A stretch of 64,000 nucleotides of DNA. It comes from Balanoglossus misakiensis (taxonomy: Eukaryota; Animalia; Hemichordata). The stretch is taken from contig CM082584.2 in the NCBI GenBank assembly GCA_040954595.2, forward strand, positions 8,259,046 to 8,323,045, in the 5' to 3' direction. This document shows, piece after piece, positions 16,045 through 29,290 of this stretch. The notes beneath the pieces were generated by a model that was given only the letters and a program-made list of their open reading frames with translations, was not told where the DNA came from and did not search any database. Position 1 is the first letter of the stretch. The number at the start of each line of letters is the position of its first letter. The position numbers were made by a program, and so were the translations under genes.

Positions 16045-19036
16045 ATGGCATCAAACACGATTACCGGCAAAGTTGCTCTGGTTACTGGATCGAGTGCCAA
16101 GGGCGGCATTGGTATCGGCATAGCCAGGAGTCTGGCCAGTAGAGGATGTGACGTCATATTAACAGGAACCCGTGAACACGAGAAAGTGGAGGAGTTGGTA
16201 ACAGGACTAAGAGAGTAAGGCGTTTCGTTTTGATTTATATGATGTTAAATGAGATGCAAAGTTTTTAAATTTTATGAAATTTTGAATCTAGGCAGATTGT
16301 TCTGTTGACTGAACGTGAACCACGCGGACTGACTGGTCGTTATGGCCGTATTCCCCATTGCCGGGAAAGAGAACAACGTGTTGTAGTTGTGATGTCGTCG
16401 TACGTTAGTAAACTTTAATATCGTCCGTTTTTAATAATTATTTCGATGAGCTGCTTCTAGATTGGTATATGACGTTTTCTTCCAGTGAATACGGAGTCTC
16501 GTGCCGTTACTTCAGAGTTGACTTCAGTGCTTTGAGCGAAGTAGAAAAGCTTGTCAAGGACATTCGCCAGATCTACCCGAATGGAATTGATATTTTGGTC
16601 AACAATGCAGGTAGAGTTCACGTCATTGTAACTGTCTCATGTTCAACAGGAGTCGTCGATTTGTCATCTGCAGTGCGCTTTAGTATCAAATCAGCGAAAA
16701 GTTTTAGTTAATGGAGCTTTAATCGGAAAGTATAATATGGACTGGATGCCTGAGAACTTGGATTTGAAACCTCCAATTGAAGATATTAGTGCAAATATGT
16801 CTAATATTTGCATATCATTAACATTATTTTAATTTATTTTCTCATGACTATATTTCACTGCTTCCCTATAGCGGAGTACGTTGGTGCATATAATGTTGAT
16901 GAACTTGACGTTTCACTTTGGGAGAAGGCTCTACGAGTGAATTTAACGGCGCCATTTTATCTGACACAAATGACGCTACCTGATATGAAAAGAAAAGGTG
17001 AGGACAACTTTTATCATCTAAATTTATTTCACTGTGTTTAATGTCTTTTCAGAGACTGGCGTTACTGTATTAAGGTGAATTAACATTAAAATAAGACGAA
17101 TATTTTGACGTTTAGGCCTATGTCGTTAAGTGACGATGGCTCAAAACGCCGTGTACGTGATCGAATACTTGTGTCGCCAATACAACACCGGAATATGACG
17201 TATCTCTTTTAGTAAAATGGTAATTCATTTAGGGCGATTACCAATACTTCTGATACAGACTGGTCTCCCAAATATATGACAACGACTGAATCTGGTTGTA
17301 CCCTTTAGGTTGGGGAAGAATAATCAATACCAGTTCCATATGGGGTTTATCAGGAGTGCCGCTCCAAGCGGCATACGTGGTACCAAAGCACGGTATTTGT
17401 GGGTTGACAAAGGTACATGTTAGTTCCAATGTAGCAATAGAGGATTTTACACTCATTACGAGATCTCGCGATCTATGAAAAGACTCAAAAGATAATTTGA
17501 TAAATCGACAGATGAAGAGGGGGAATACTGTTGAAGTACGTGTATAGTATCAGTTCAAACATAGCTTACAGAACACTGTAGTTTGAAAGTTAACCGCTTT
17601 CCACAATTGATCATGATTAATTGTCGACAATTGCATTCTTCAGACGGTTGCTTTGGAAACTCTTGGTTCTGGTGTGACGTGCAATGCCATCTGCCCCGGC
17701 CGTGTCAGGACTGAGTGTGAGTATAAGTTATAACGTCAATTTCTGTCTATAAAGTAATGATTTTGCTGCATTTCCTAATACCTGCGGCTGTTAGATCTTA
17801 TGTCTTTCGTTAAAGCTATTTTGACCATGTTAACGTTAGGTTTAGTGATTTTTATACAAAACCCTTTCGACAGGCCTATCAACTTTTACGGCAAACCGTA
17901 TATGAGGCCAAAAATAAAAAAAAATACATGTATGTGATATTACCAATAACAATTACCAATAAAAGGCCTCAAAACAATAGCTTTGGAGGACTTCTATTGT
18001 GATTTGTTATTTTTTACTTATATTACTCTTTTTTGTTACTTTCAAGTGTTAGTGGACAATTTGAAGTTGACGGCCGAAAAGAAAGGACTTCCGTTTAAAG
18101 AATTTGAGGTATAAATATTTTAATCATCGATTCTTTTCCACTCCGTATTGTTGCTTACAGTTGAGCGCGATTTCCATTTTAATATTGAGTCTCCACATGT
18201 AATTCCAAGAACTGCTTACAGACAACGTAGATATATACTTTGAAATATGCGTTTATGAAGCACTTTTACTAGCGTATAAATCAAACATCACTTGTAACTT
18301 GTACAAACAACTGAAAGTCTACGGTTTCTGCTGAAGTTTTTGCAAGATCGAGATCCGGTCAAACTGTAGTTGCATCTGAAAGCTTTAGGGGTAAAAACAC
18401 AGGTTTCGATCGAAAGTTTAACTCTACATCAAGAGCTTTGAGCACTGAAGTTTAATTATTAATTAACTTACCTACTTTAGTCATTAATTAACGAAACAAC
18501 ACAATCACTCTTCCAGCTCCAGGGCTTATTAGAAACCAATCCTTCAGGCCAATACGTGGAAGTCGGGCAGGTATGGAAATGCACATGTAGTGATAAGACT
18601 TTCAAATTTCTAAAGTTCTGTCAGAACTTCTATGTTAAACCTCAGTTGTACATCTCACAAAAACCGTCAGCAGCAATCAACAAGGATTCAAACAGAAAGA
18701 CACCTGGAAAGATGATGAGAATAATAATGCATCCTGAGAATTCTTGAAATTTATGCAAACTTGTTTGAACAGGTATTACGCGAAGAAATTTTAAGGTTTA
18801 GACACATGTACACCGGAGATATTTAAACACGGGAAAGAAGACTAAACGTATCAATTAATTAACGTTTTCATAAATATACTATATACTTTCTAGCATAATG
18901 CGCCGTGGTGACCATGCAACTTTTCGTTTCCATGGTTTCTCAGGTCGGGGAATTAACGGCATTCCTGTGTTCTTCAGCAGCTGATCAGATGACTGGCACA
19001 TGTATCCCGATAGACGGGGGCAATCGGGCGAAGTAG
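16045..19036 (+). CDS. SDR paralogue 3, 3-hydroxybutyrate dehydrogenase-like, ~268 aa, canonical YxxxK
   Basis: Exons 16045-16214, 16486-16610, 16872-16997, 17309-17412, 17644-17716, 18047-18108, 18517-18570, 18944-19036. MASNTITGKVALVTGSSAKGGIGIGIA; RVNLTA; INTSSIW; AAYVVPKHG. A non-coding first exon probably ends at the donor at 14630 (CAAG|GTGAGT), splicing to the acceptor at 16034. Confidence 0.92.
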
Positions 19037-19666
19037 GAGAAGCCAAAATGTAGAAAATTACTAATAGTTACTGTGATGAAGAAATCTCATGTACGCTTGC
19101 AAAATTATCCGAGGGCCAACAGTGATTTTTTTCTTCCTTGCCAATGTACTGTGTAGCAGTTATATTGTAATACTCGTAAAACCCCATAAATGAACATTTC
19201 TAGTGGCACATGCATCTTTTATTACCGTTTGTCTATTGAGATTCTAAGATACTAAAGTAATGTCGCCCTGGCAAATCTGAAAATACTGATTTATTTTATC
19301 GCGCGCGACTATGAAATAAATAGCCCATTATGGTGGAAGCGTTAAATCGTCACAATGCAAAAACATGTATCTGCTTGTTGATCATATCCAATATACACGG
19401 GTGGTGCGGTATTTCATATACTGTATATATATATTGCTATAAATAGGAAACAATGAAGTCTAAATATAGGCTCTACAGCAAGGCATGCACGACCGTGCGC
19501 GTGATATGGCTTGTATAGTTGTTTAAAATCTGTCGTTTTACTGCCATCAAAGAACCGCCAGTGATATGTGCATTTTATGTTGTGTGCATTCAATAACGCT
19601 GAACCGTGCAAACTGTGTTGAGCAAGCTGTCGCTTGTATACGTCCACTACCACCAGGAGATTTAGA

Positions 19667-22542
19667 ATGTCCCAATGCAAACAGGTAGGCACTGACAGTT
19701 ATTGTCTATGAAGTCAAGTTGCTCTGCTTTGCGCGATACTTGTTTTGCTGTAGAGTATATCCCTATCTGCTTTCCCCCAGAAATTATATTATAGCGGCTG
19801 AGAAAGATGTAAAGTTGCCAGGAGGAAATTTGGAGAAAATTTTAGACTTTGATTTTCGAGGCGCTTACTACCTCAAATAATTTTCCTGATAGCAATTTTC
19901 TCACTGGACGATTGTGCTCTTTTCCCATTGAATCCAATACAAAAATTCCAAAGTTTTGTTACTATGTGAACACGTCTCGTATTCGGATTACTTATAACAT
20001 ATCTGACCAGTGATATCCATATCGTACATTCATGTAATTTCGTGGGAGAATTTACGTTTTTTTTGTAATATGCAGTGTTCGTGCACTGCATCAACTATTG
20101 CTGGCAAAGTTGCCTTGGTAACTGGGTCGAGTGACAAGAATGGCATCGGCGTTGGTATAGCAAGAAGTCTTGCCAGTAGAGGATGTCCTGTGATATTGAC
20201 GGGACGTCGGGATTCCGAAAAAGTAGAACAACTGAAGACTGAACTAGAAAGGTACTAGGACAAACAATTAGATTTGTGTTTGTTTATGCGATGTTCTTGT
20301 GCGCATGTCCATATTCAACAAGTTGAAGAGTGAGAGAGCCCAAAAATCCTCATTGAATTATTATTTTTTTTTGCAGTGAATACAAAGTCCCAGTTCATTA
20401 CTTTCAAGCCGATTTCTGTGATTTGAACGACGTCCAAAAACTTGTTTCAGGCATTTACGAGATCTACCCAAATGGAGTGGACATTTTGGTCAATAATGCC
20501 GGTAAGACATTTTCATCATGATTTTCACATTTTCAGCGGACTTTTTCTGATAACACCAGGCTTGGTACATTTTCGACTCTGTTGGAATACAACTTTTGTT
20601 TTTTAAAACCGCAGTTACTCTAACTTTAGGCCGTTTTTTATTATTTTTCGCCCACGTATCAACTCCCGTTTATAGTTCTGCCCAGGATAGCTTCATGAAG
20701 CCTGTACAACCACTGTTGACAAATGAATTCATGCATGTCTTGACATGAATTCAATTTTCCACATTAACAACGCTGAATTCTACAAAATCGATCTGTTGAA
20801 AAAAATACAGAGCATGTTTAGGTTCTACAGAAATATTATTTATATCGTTTGAAGAACCAAACAAATGTCTAATTATTTCCGTTTACTTTTTTATCACTTC
20901 TCCAAAGTGATGCATGGCGTTCGTTCTCCAGTTGAAGAACTAGACATTTCAATCTGGGAGAAATCTCTGCGTGTCAATTTAACAGCGCCATTTTGTCTGA
21001 TTCAAATGATTCTTCCTGTAATGAAAAGGAAAGGTGAGATAAAACGCTGCTAGTCACACCATGTTCCGCTTATAGCTGTACCAATAATCGTTTGTATTTT
21101 CAGCTTTACTATTATGTGTGTCTGCATGCATGTTCGTGCACATGTTAGACCGATGCTACCTACACGTTTCGTTAAATTATAATATGGCCTATACTGGGTG
21201 GATAATTGTGAATTCTGGTTAATGGCTAAGTACGATGGTTTGCAACTGACGCAGAGTTATATGTTTAATCGTGTCCTCAGGTTGGGGAAGAATCATCAAC
21301 ATGAGTTCCATTTGGGGCTTAGGAGGAAAGCCACTGGGAGCTGGTCACGTGGCATCTAAGCATGGCGTAATCGGGCTGACCAAGGTACTCGAAATTTACT
21401 CTTGACTAGTTTTTAGTGTTTACTAGGGGAATAGCTACATTATTTGCACGTAGTTTAAGGATCTAGTTATGATCTGTTTATCGGTTTAAGCATTACAAAA
21501 CTGATAAGTATATTTCCACGCCGATATTTGCCTTTGCTTTCCTTTCAGAGTGTTGCCTTGGAAACAGCTGGTTCTGGCGTGACATGCAATGCTATCTGTC
21601 CTGGCTACGTACGGACAGAAAGTAAGGGGAGCCGTAACGCTAGGTCCATTTACAGTTCACCCACAGCACAGTTTTGGCAGTTATATATTGAGTATTTTAT
21701 TATCGCTGGATTGAGCTCTCGTCCAATCAGAATGGTGGCTGGTAGCATGATATAATATAATTCACAATTTTACCCATGTTTCTCTTATGTTCTCCTTAAT
21801 TTTAGGCCAGGTGGTCGTAACTTTTCATTTGTTCGAGTCTTAATCAAAATTTGATAAAGAAATATGGAAAGATTATGAGGGTTTTATTTTTTTCAAACAC
21901 GACGACGAGTTAGCTATAGTTAACGTAAAGTGTTTTTGTGTAGTTGTTTACATGCATTCTTTCTCTTGTTTCTAGTGCTTAAGAATTTATTGACGGAAAC
22001 AGCAGAAGCAAAGGGAATTTCATTTGAAGAGTGTGAGGTGCGTATTGAAAGTGTTCATATTAATAAAAAAAATATTGCATATCTCACTAGTCACTTTGTA
22101 CAAATTTCAATTATAAGTAATTACCTATATTTTAAAATATGTGTATTCGTGTTTCATTCGTGTTCTAACTTTGTCATTCGAAATGTTGTGTACCTTCATA
22201 GGCGGACTACCTTCCAACAGTTAATCCTTCGGGGAAATACGTGGAAGTAGAGCAGGTGAGATGCGGACGTCTTCATTTATCCCTTTTCTAAGGACAAGTC
22301 ACTTTAAAGTAGTATGCACCTCAAAAAATCAAAGCCTTTAACTTTCTTGCTTGTTATTTGCGCATGGTAAAGTCTTTGACTAACATAACGCGTGTGATAA
22401 AATTACACCAGAATTTGACCTATGGCGGCGTTTTCCATTCATTTCTCAGATAGGAGAATTGGCGGCATTCCTGTGTTCACCAGCGGCCGACCAGATGACA
22501 GGAACCTCTGTCTCCATCGACGCGGGAAATCGAGCCAGATAA
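19667..22542 (+). CDS. SDR paralogue 4, 3-hydroxybutyrate dehydrogenase-like, ~276 aa, HxxxK active site
   Basis: Exons 19667-19684, 20076-20251, 20377-20501, 20908-21033, 21281-21384, 21549-21621, 21976-22037, 22202-22255, 22450-22542. Exon sizes are identical to copy 1; AGHVASKHG; CNAICPGYVRT; ends DAGNRAR*. Confidence 0.9.
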
Positions 22543-23178
22543 AACAAGGCGACAAAGTAGACGCGTCAGGCAACCATGGCAGCAGGGAATTGTAAATGGC
22601 TAGTTTTGAGAAATGGTGTTGAGTCTCAAGATTCTAGACATACATGTACATGTAGGGCCGGCATAGGTTAGAACATGCAACACTGACAACCAGAAATCAT
22701 TACACTGACAATGGACTCCTTTGCAGAGAAAAACATAAGCACCACTACTCTTAAAAGTTTAATTTAATTTCCTGTGCGTGATTTCTCCTTTGCTAACCAT
22801 TCGGAGGAAAATATCTCATCTGTGTAAAGAGAACCAAAAGCAGGGAATAAAACCGGAGCTTGGTTCTTTATTATTTCTGATCGATCGTATCCGACGCTTT
22901 GTAGACAATTGATTTACTTTTGAACCTGGATTGAATAGCACCGAATGACAGGAGAAGACACTCTATTTAATCGATATCCAAGGAACAGGCTTTCTTTTTT
23001 GAGCGGCGACCGATAATCGAACAGTTTGGAAGACCGACACTCGGGACTGAAGGAGTCTACGATCGTATTTCAGTATTGACGCAATGCATGTCTAGAGTCG
23101 TTTAAGAGATGCGCATTCCTTCGGGCTCTTTTTCACCCAATATTATTAGGACGTGTGCCAGATAGTCTTGCTTTCACG

Positions 23179-24588
23179 ATGGCGGCACATCCTCCGCCTG
23201 TATTCGCTCTTGCTGCTCATCTTGGTGGACGGGTGACGGTCGCAGGGGTTTGGCTGATGGTACTGCAAATTGCTTTGGTCAGCACGGCGGTAATTTGCTC
23301 CACTACAGGTCAGTAATGCGTACACTCCGCTGTATGATATTTTAATCCTGTATTAGTCTGTCATCGGATCTCGTTCCGCGTCCATCTTTTCTCCCATATC
23401 CGTTTTACTAACCGTTTTTGTGCTGATTGTGGTTTTCCCTCAGTTGTTTTGCGTCGATTTGTTCTTGTATCCGCGGCTTGATTAAGATTTGTACAGGCAA
23501 ATGTAAGACAGTGTGCCCCGATAATATCGTTGGACACCTTCGTTGTTCTATTTGGCTACTCGTTATTGTTAGCGGAACACTCACTAGTAAGATGACAGAG
23601 AGAGCGACTCCTTTTAGTGTAAATCGGCTCTCTTTGAAGAATATTTTTCATTAGAGTAAGACACAGCTTTCGGTGGCGATGCATGCCAACTTCATCCTAT
23701 TTCTCACCAATGGCGAAATGGCGTCTCCCATAAACTATAACATTATCAGAAAGCCGGGTGTCCTAATTTTTAAATGTAGAGCCGATTTACACAGATAGAA
23801 ATTTACCGCGAGAGTTAATGTCGCTTTCTACAAGACGATATCTCGTTTGAAACGGGAGTGATCACGAGAAAAAAAAGAACGCGAATGTTTGTTTTGTGTT
23901 ACTTGGTTACTGAGACTGGTTGAAGCACCAATATTCACCCGTTTATTTGCTCAGCTTCCAAATCTGTTGGTTGCTGTAATTGTCACTCATATGCCCAACT
24001 TATTTGTGTTGTTGTTTGAAATCCGAACGGCGTAATCCGCGTCTAATTTCTTTTAAAATACTTGTTTTTATTCAAAAGTTCCATTTTCCCACAAGTACAC
24101 TGTAAAAAATATCTTTCGGGTATTCTCTTATTTCTGAGGGAGTGCATATTATACTTTAATGTCATGCATATTTTTCTCATACAGATAGTCCCGAGATTGG
24201 TGGTGAAATGTTAGTTGCTGGAGAACGTGGGCCAGACCACAGAGGTCAAAATGCTTTCAATGGAATGAGGGGAGGTACATTACGTGGAAGGTTTAAAGGT
24301 CGTGAGAGACACAACAGTGGGCCAGAAGACAAAGGAATACTCAGCCACCTCCAAGAGAGGGCGCTTCTGAGGAAAGCTCGCGCTCGGAGAACCAAACGAG
24401 ACAACCCGATCGCGGCTAACGGGACGGATGACACAGCTGCAGGGAACGTGAATCTGGCCGACGATTGGTCGTCGATGATATTTTTGGAACCCTGGCAAAT
24501 AGGACTCATCGTCTCCATCATCAATGTAATCTTGTTCTTCATTGGTTACGTCGTCAGGTTAATTTACGTCAAGATTAAGAAACGATAA
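23179..24588 (+). CDS. Uncharacterised ~177 aa predicted type-I membrane proprotein (signal peptide, furin site, C-terminal TM helix)
   Basis: Exon 23179-23308 (good Kozak ACGATGG; MAAHPPPVFALAAHLGGRVTVAGVWLMVLQIALVSTAVICSTT; donor G|GTCAGT) joins in frame at a phase-1 intron to 24185-24588 (pyrimidine tract + CAG), containing RRTKR, an NGT sequon, TM segment WQIGLIVSIINVILFFIGYVVRLIYV and tail KIKKR*. Confidence 0.72.
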
Positions 24589-27500
24589 TAAGATAATTCG
24601 GACAAAACGATTCCGTCCTCGGGTGCGTGACGTTGTCGTGTGTCACGGACAGAACGCATTGTATGACATCTTTCTCTCCTCTGGACTTTGATTATTCAGA
24701 GTGTAAACGCCATGGGTAACTATGCAGGTATCTCTTTGGTTGGGGGATACTGATTTAGTAAATTGACTCTCTGCAATTTTAATATGATCCTTATACGGTA
24801 GCCATCAGGTGTTCAGCAAATGTGACAAGTTGTTTGTTTAAATTTACGACCAGGCTTGGCGACCTATACGCAGTTTCCCCTACATACAGATCCTGTGTAC
24901 AGTATATATAAAATGTCAACGTTTGTCATACTCAAATCAAATTTGATATGGATGTCGTGCTAGCCAATATACTTACACGCGACAGTGCACACTGCCCAAA
25001 TTGCTATTTAAAAACATGACAAGTCATAATGGTGTACCACGCATTCAGGAAACGTCGATTATTGTACCTGACATTCAGGTTGACAGAAGGCACAATAAAC
25101 CGGACTGAATCACGTTCCAATGAATACGATTCCACGAATCGGCTGTCTCGAATTACACGCCAAATCAGACGGCGTCTCAACTTTCGGTGGGCCTGAGGTA
25201 AATCGGAAGCGGAAAAAAAGAAGAAACAAGACCTCGCGATAAATCGATCGACCGAGTGGCTTCTTCAAGAGAAACCTCGCGATTTTTTTAATGAAAGGAA
25301 AAACCATCCAATCATCGAGCGAGACGTGATGTGTACACCTCACAACACCCGTTGTGTTGGTATTGACGTTGCATTCGCATTATTCAGCTGAACCATTCGC
25401 TGGCGTACAGGAAGCGGGATTGACTTTGTGACCGTTTCATTCACATTGAGAGATAAACGTTCCCCAGTGACGTCGTCAATATAAAAATTCAAAATTTAAC
25501 ATGTTTTTGTAACAGAATCCGTTGCCATGTCTACCAGTTATTATTCCTACAACATATATATTTAATGATTGCTGGAACCTACGCAGTTCTTATCCTTGAG
25601 TATCTCACTGTGCTGGTCGGAAACTATATATCTGTTTTTCTGTATTTCTATGATGTTTTTGGCCAAAAATATTTAATGTCTTCTGCTCTTCATATGAAGG
25701 CGAATACCCCAAGAGTTTGAAATATCCAAATCATTATGTTCGGTATATAATTCAGCATTATTCAGCATTGCAAGCATTTCATGAAGGGGGCGATGAGCGC
25801 GCCTTTGCTCTGTTAAATTAAATGCGTGAAATCCACTTGTTTCGAAAAACACTTTTCGAGAGTGCTGGAAATCAGAATCCGAGCGCGGTCTACGAACGTC
25901 AATAATGATGAAACACGATTACTTTCTAGGAATTCGGAAATTTCACACTCCCGCAAACAAATGTAATGGCAATAGCTTCGCTGCTGTAATTGTCAGCGAT
26001 CAAACCACACTTTGGCGCCAAATGCCTAATACATCACGTGTAGGCTTACTCTTCTCAAATTGAAGTGCCCCCGACACAGGGCCGTCTCAGAAGGTGTCGA
26101 CGTGCAGTGTTGTATAGCTTGGATTTTCAAGTGCAAACGCGAAGATTGAAAGTGTGACGAATCTATTGTTGCGTAGACCAGGAATTGCGGAGTTCCCCGG
26201 CGTTTGCTAAAAGAAATTATGCGCGAGGTAATTGAAGGAGCGGCGTCGTAGATTATGTTTTTGAAACCGGCTTTTGTTGCGGAATTCTAATTCTCGCGCG
26301 GCTCTCCACTCAATACGGATTCTGTTTGGTCAGTTTTAATCAAACTTACAATAACGCCAACACATATTAACACGGGAAATATGTGTTTCAAGACTTGCTA
26401 TATCCATTCAAATGATCTCGGCTCAGATATTCTTACACACTGACGAGCAGAACCTTGACAAGGCTTGTCATCGGAGTTCAACGCACTGTAGGCCTATATA
26501 CTCAAAGTTCGAAGTTTGGTGGTCGTCAAATAAACCATTTCTCAGTGTTTCAGGAATTCGTGATTTTTGAAGAAAAAAATACGTTCCAAATTCGGATCAG
26601 TTTGATCCTATAGTTTTATCAGCTTGTATGAGGTTACTAATATGTTTGTGTATACCCATGACCTCGGCGTGTGTGAGTTTGCCACGGTTCCTCCAACGGG
26701 CGGTGACTTACAGTCGAAGAGGCGGGAATGTGTTCTGTTTGTTAATCCTTATTTCCATGCCTGGACTACCAGGAACTATTATCCTCCGTTGCCAAGGCAA
26801 CGGGTCAATTTCCTCATCGCTATTATGTACATCAATTTTTAAACATGAATACCCCGTGTAAAGTCGGTTTCTTTGTAACTTGTGTATACCTCATTGGATG
26901 CAGTGAAATTGCTCTGCCGAAAAAGGTCCAGAAACGTTACAGAATAAAAGTTCCCGGACGCATAAAGTAAATTATTATTGTCCGCCGAAGAAAGCCCTGC
27001 TTTCAGAAGTAACAGAGTCGCTTTCCATCGCACTACAAGTACAGTGCAAGTCTAGCTTTGTATGGCTTCATTGCTGTCAATAAATGCTTTGGAAGGCAAC
27101 GAGAACAGGTGACTAGCGAGTTGAACGACCGGTGTGTGAGATTTTCAGCAGAAGGTTATATGCTGTTTGTGGTGGGAGGTGCTCGTCATGTTGTAATTGC
27201 AGCCCCCTCCCCCCTCCTCCTCCTCCTCCCGAGACGCACTCTCAAAAGGACATATTCCCACGAGCTGATTTAAAAAAAAAAATAGTAATCACATCCAGAC
27301 GACAGGTGGATTTCAACACAGCTTCCAACACCACAGATAAGGTTCGGATGTTCGGATTCGTGCATTATTGATAGACTTTTTCATTTCAAATTTCACGTCA
27401 GATTGGGCGAACCCGGTTGCATGTCAAATAAATCGCTGATCACGAGCCACATTTCGCCAGAGGCATCAGGTGTTTTTCTCTGGATGAGTCCTCATTCGAT

Positions 27501-29290
27501 CGGATTGCAAAAAAAAAGAAACCCGCAGGCGACATACAAATACCTTATCTACATAGATTAGTATATTCATATGTTTGGTATAGGCGATGCACGCGATTGC
27601 GTGTCAACGCCCTTGGTCACAGTACCGTTCTACTACATGAACGCGACGAATCTCGGCAAAATCCGCATCACCAAAACATTATTTGTGGAAATCGATAAGA
27701 TTTTGATGAACGCGCCAGCATAAGGTCACTCGTCGCTCCTGTCCTACCGCACGAGGCGCACTTTTCACCGGCGAAGCGATGGGGTCTTGGATCGGGGTTT
27801 TCTGTGCGTGTCGCACCGCGTCGCAAACGGCAGGGTCGCTCTTTGTTGGACACTGTTACATAATAACACGAGGTGTTCACTTCATATACATATATAAATT
27901 ATGTATACAGTTGGCGTACCTGACGATGTCAAAACGAGACACACAGTGTGAATATGGCGTTTGTTGGAGACGCACTCGATTCCCCCACTTCTCTCTCTCG
28001 CGGGCGTACGTTGTCATAGCAACGTCTCTCCTCGCTTTGAACGGACGGAAGAACGGGAAAGAGAAATATCCATGAGATTGGCACTTCGGCAACGCTGTTG
28101 TCCTTGGCTCGCTCTTTAATTAAAACGTGTTGTTTCTCGTTTTATTTTACCGGGAAGCCAGTAACCTTGAACCAGAAACTGCAGCTGCTTCAAGGGTCAA
28201 ACCTACCCGTGTGCATAAGTTCGTCGTCTCGTTCAAGCAACCAGACAATTTACCAAAGGTACATCATCGTTATCAGCTTCCGCGCTTAGCAAGCCATACA
28301 ATGTACCAATAGCTAATATTTTTTTGTACTAGAAAATCTTCATTTTGAACTGTGACGTGTAAAATACCGAGATAGCCAAGCTTATTGAGATTTCCAAGAG
28401 GAGTGGGGCATCTGTAGTTGACATTTCTACAAAAAGGACCCCATCCTGTCGAGCAGAAATGCGTCGCATACGTGAAACACGTTTTGATAAGACGATGCAG
28501 GACAATATCGACCTCAAGTCAAACGTGCATCATCTATTTGCAGGTTCTGTTTTGAGAACAACACTGCATATGTGATAATGGTGATAATGGTGTTGGTGGT
28601 GGTGATAATGTGCAGCGTCAGTCAATGCAACAGCCGGTGGAATTCTTAACTGCGCCCGCTAGAGCATGAGACAACGACTGGCAGTAGGCACTCTTACCGT
28701 ATACACCCAATCTGCTTGGATGCAATGCTGCTACCCACTGCTTCGCTGCCCGACGTAGAGACATGGCAAGTTAGGTGTCACACGCTTTTTCTGGCTCCAA
28801 GTCACCATTGGCATTAACAAGAATTAGGGCGAGACCCACACTGGAGCTTACAACCGAGTCTGACAGCGAGAAACCCTTCGCGGACGACTATTCGCCGTCG
28901 CACACATCGCAACGCGCCCAGTACGTTACACGGAACTCTCGTTTGGAATCAGCCGAGCTCAAGCGCGTCGCGTCAAAATGACTGTCCGTACCGTCAGCCA
29001 CGAATCAAGACGTCCGTTTTAATTACAGAAGCATGATTTCGCTCCAAGCCAGTGTAGGATAGATAACCCGGGTGAGAAACATGTTCCTGTCAAATTTTGG
29101 TGACGTGTAAATTCTATTCTGGCCGCGGCGGGAGCGGCCACAGACACGATTTCCATTGCTGAATTAAGAAGCAGCACAGGATAAACATTCGTCTTCATTA
29201 AATGTGTTGCTCAGCCATATCAATTGTGATCTGTATTTGCTAAAAAGGCGTTTTCTTTAAATACAAGGAAGACACACGAGAATCGGCACG

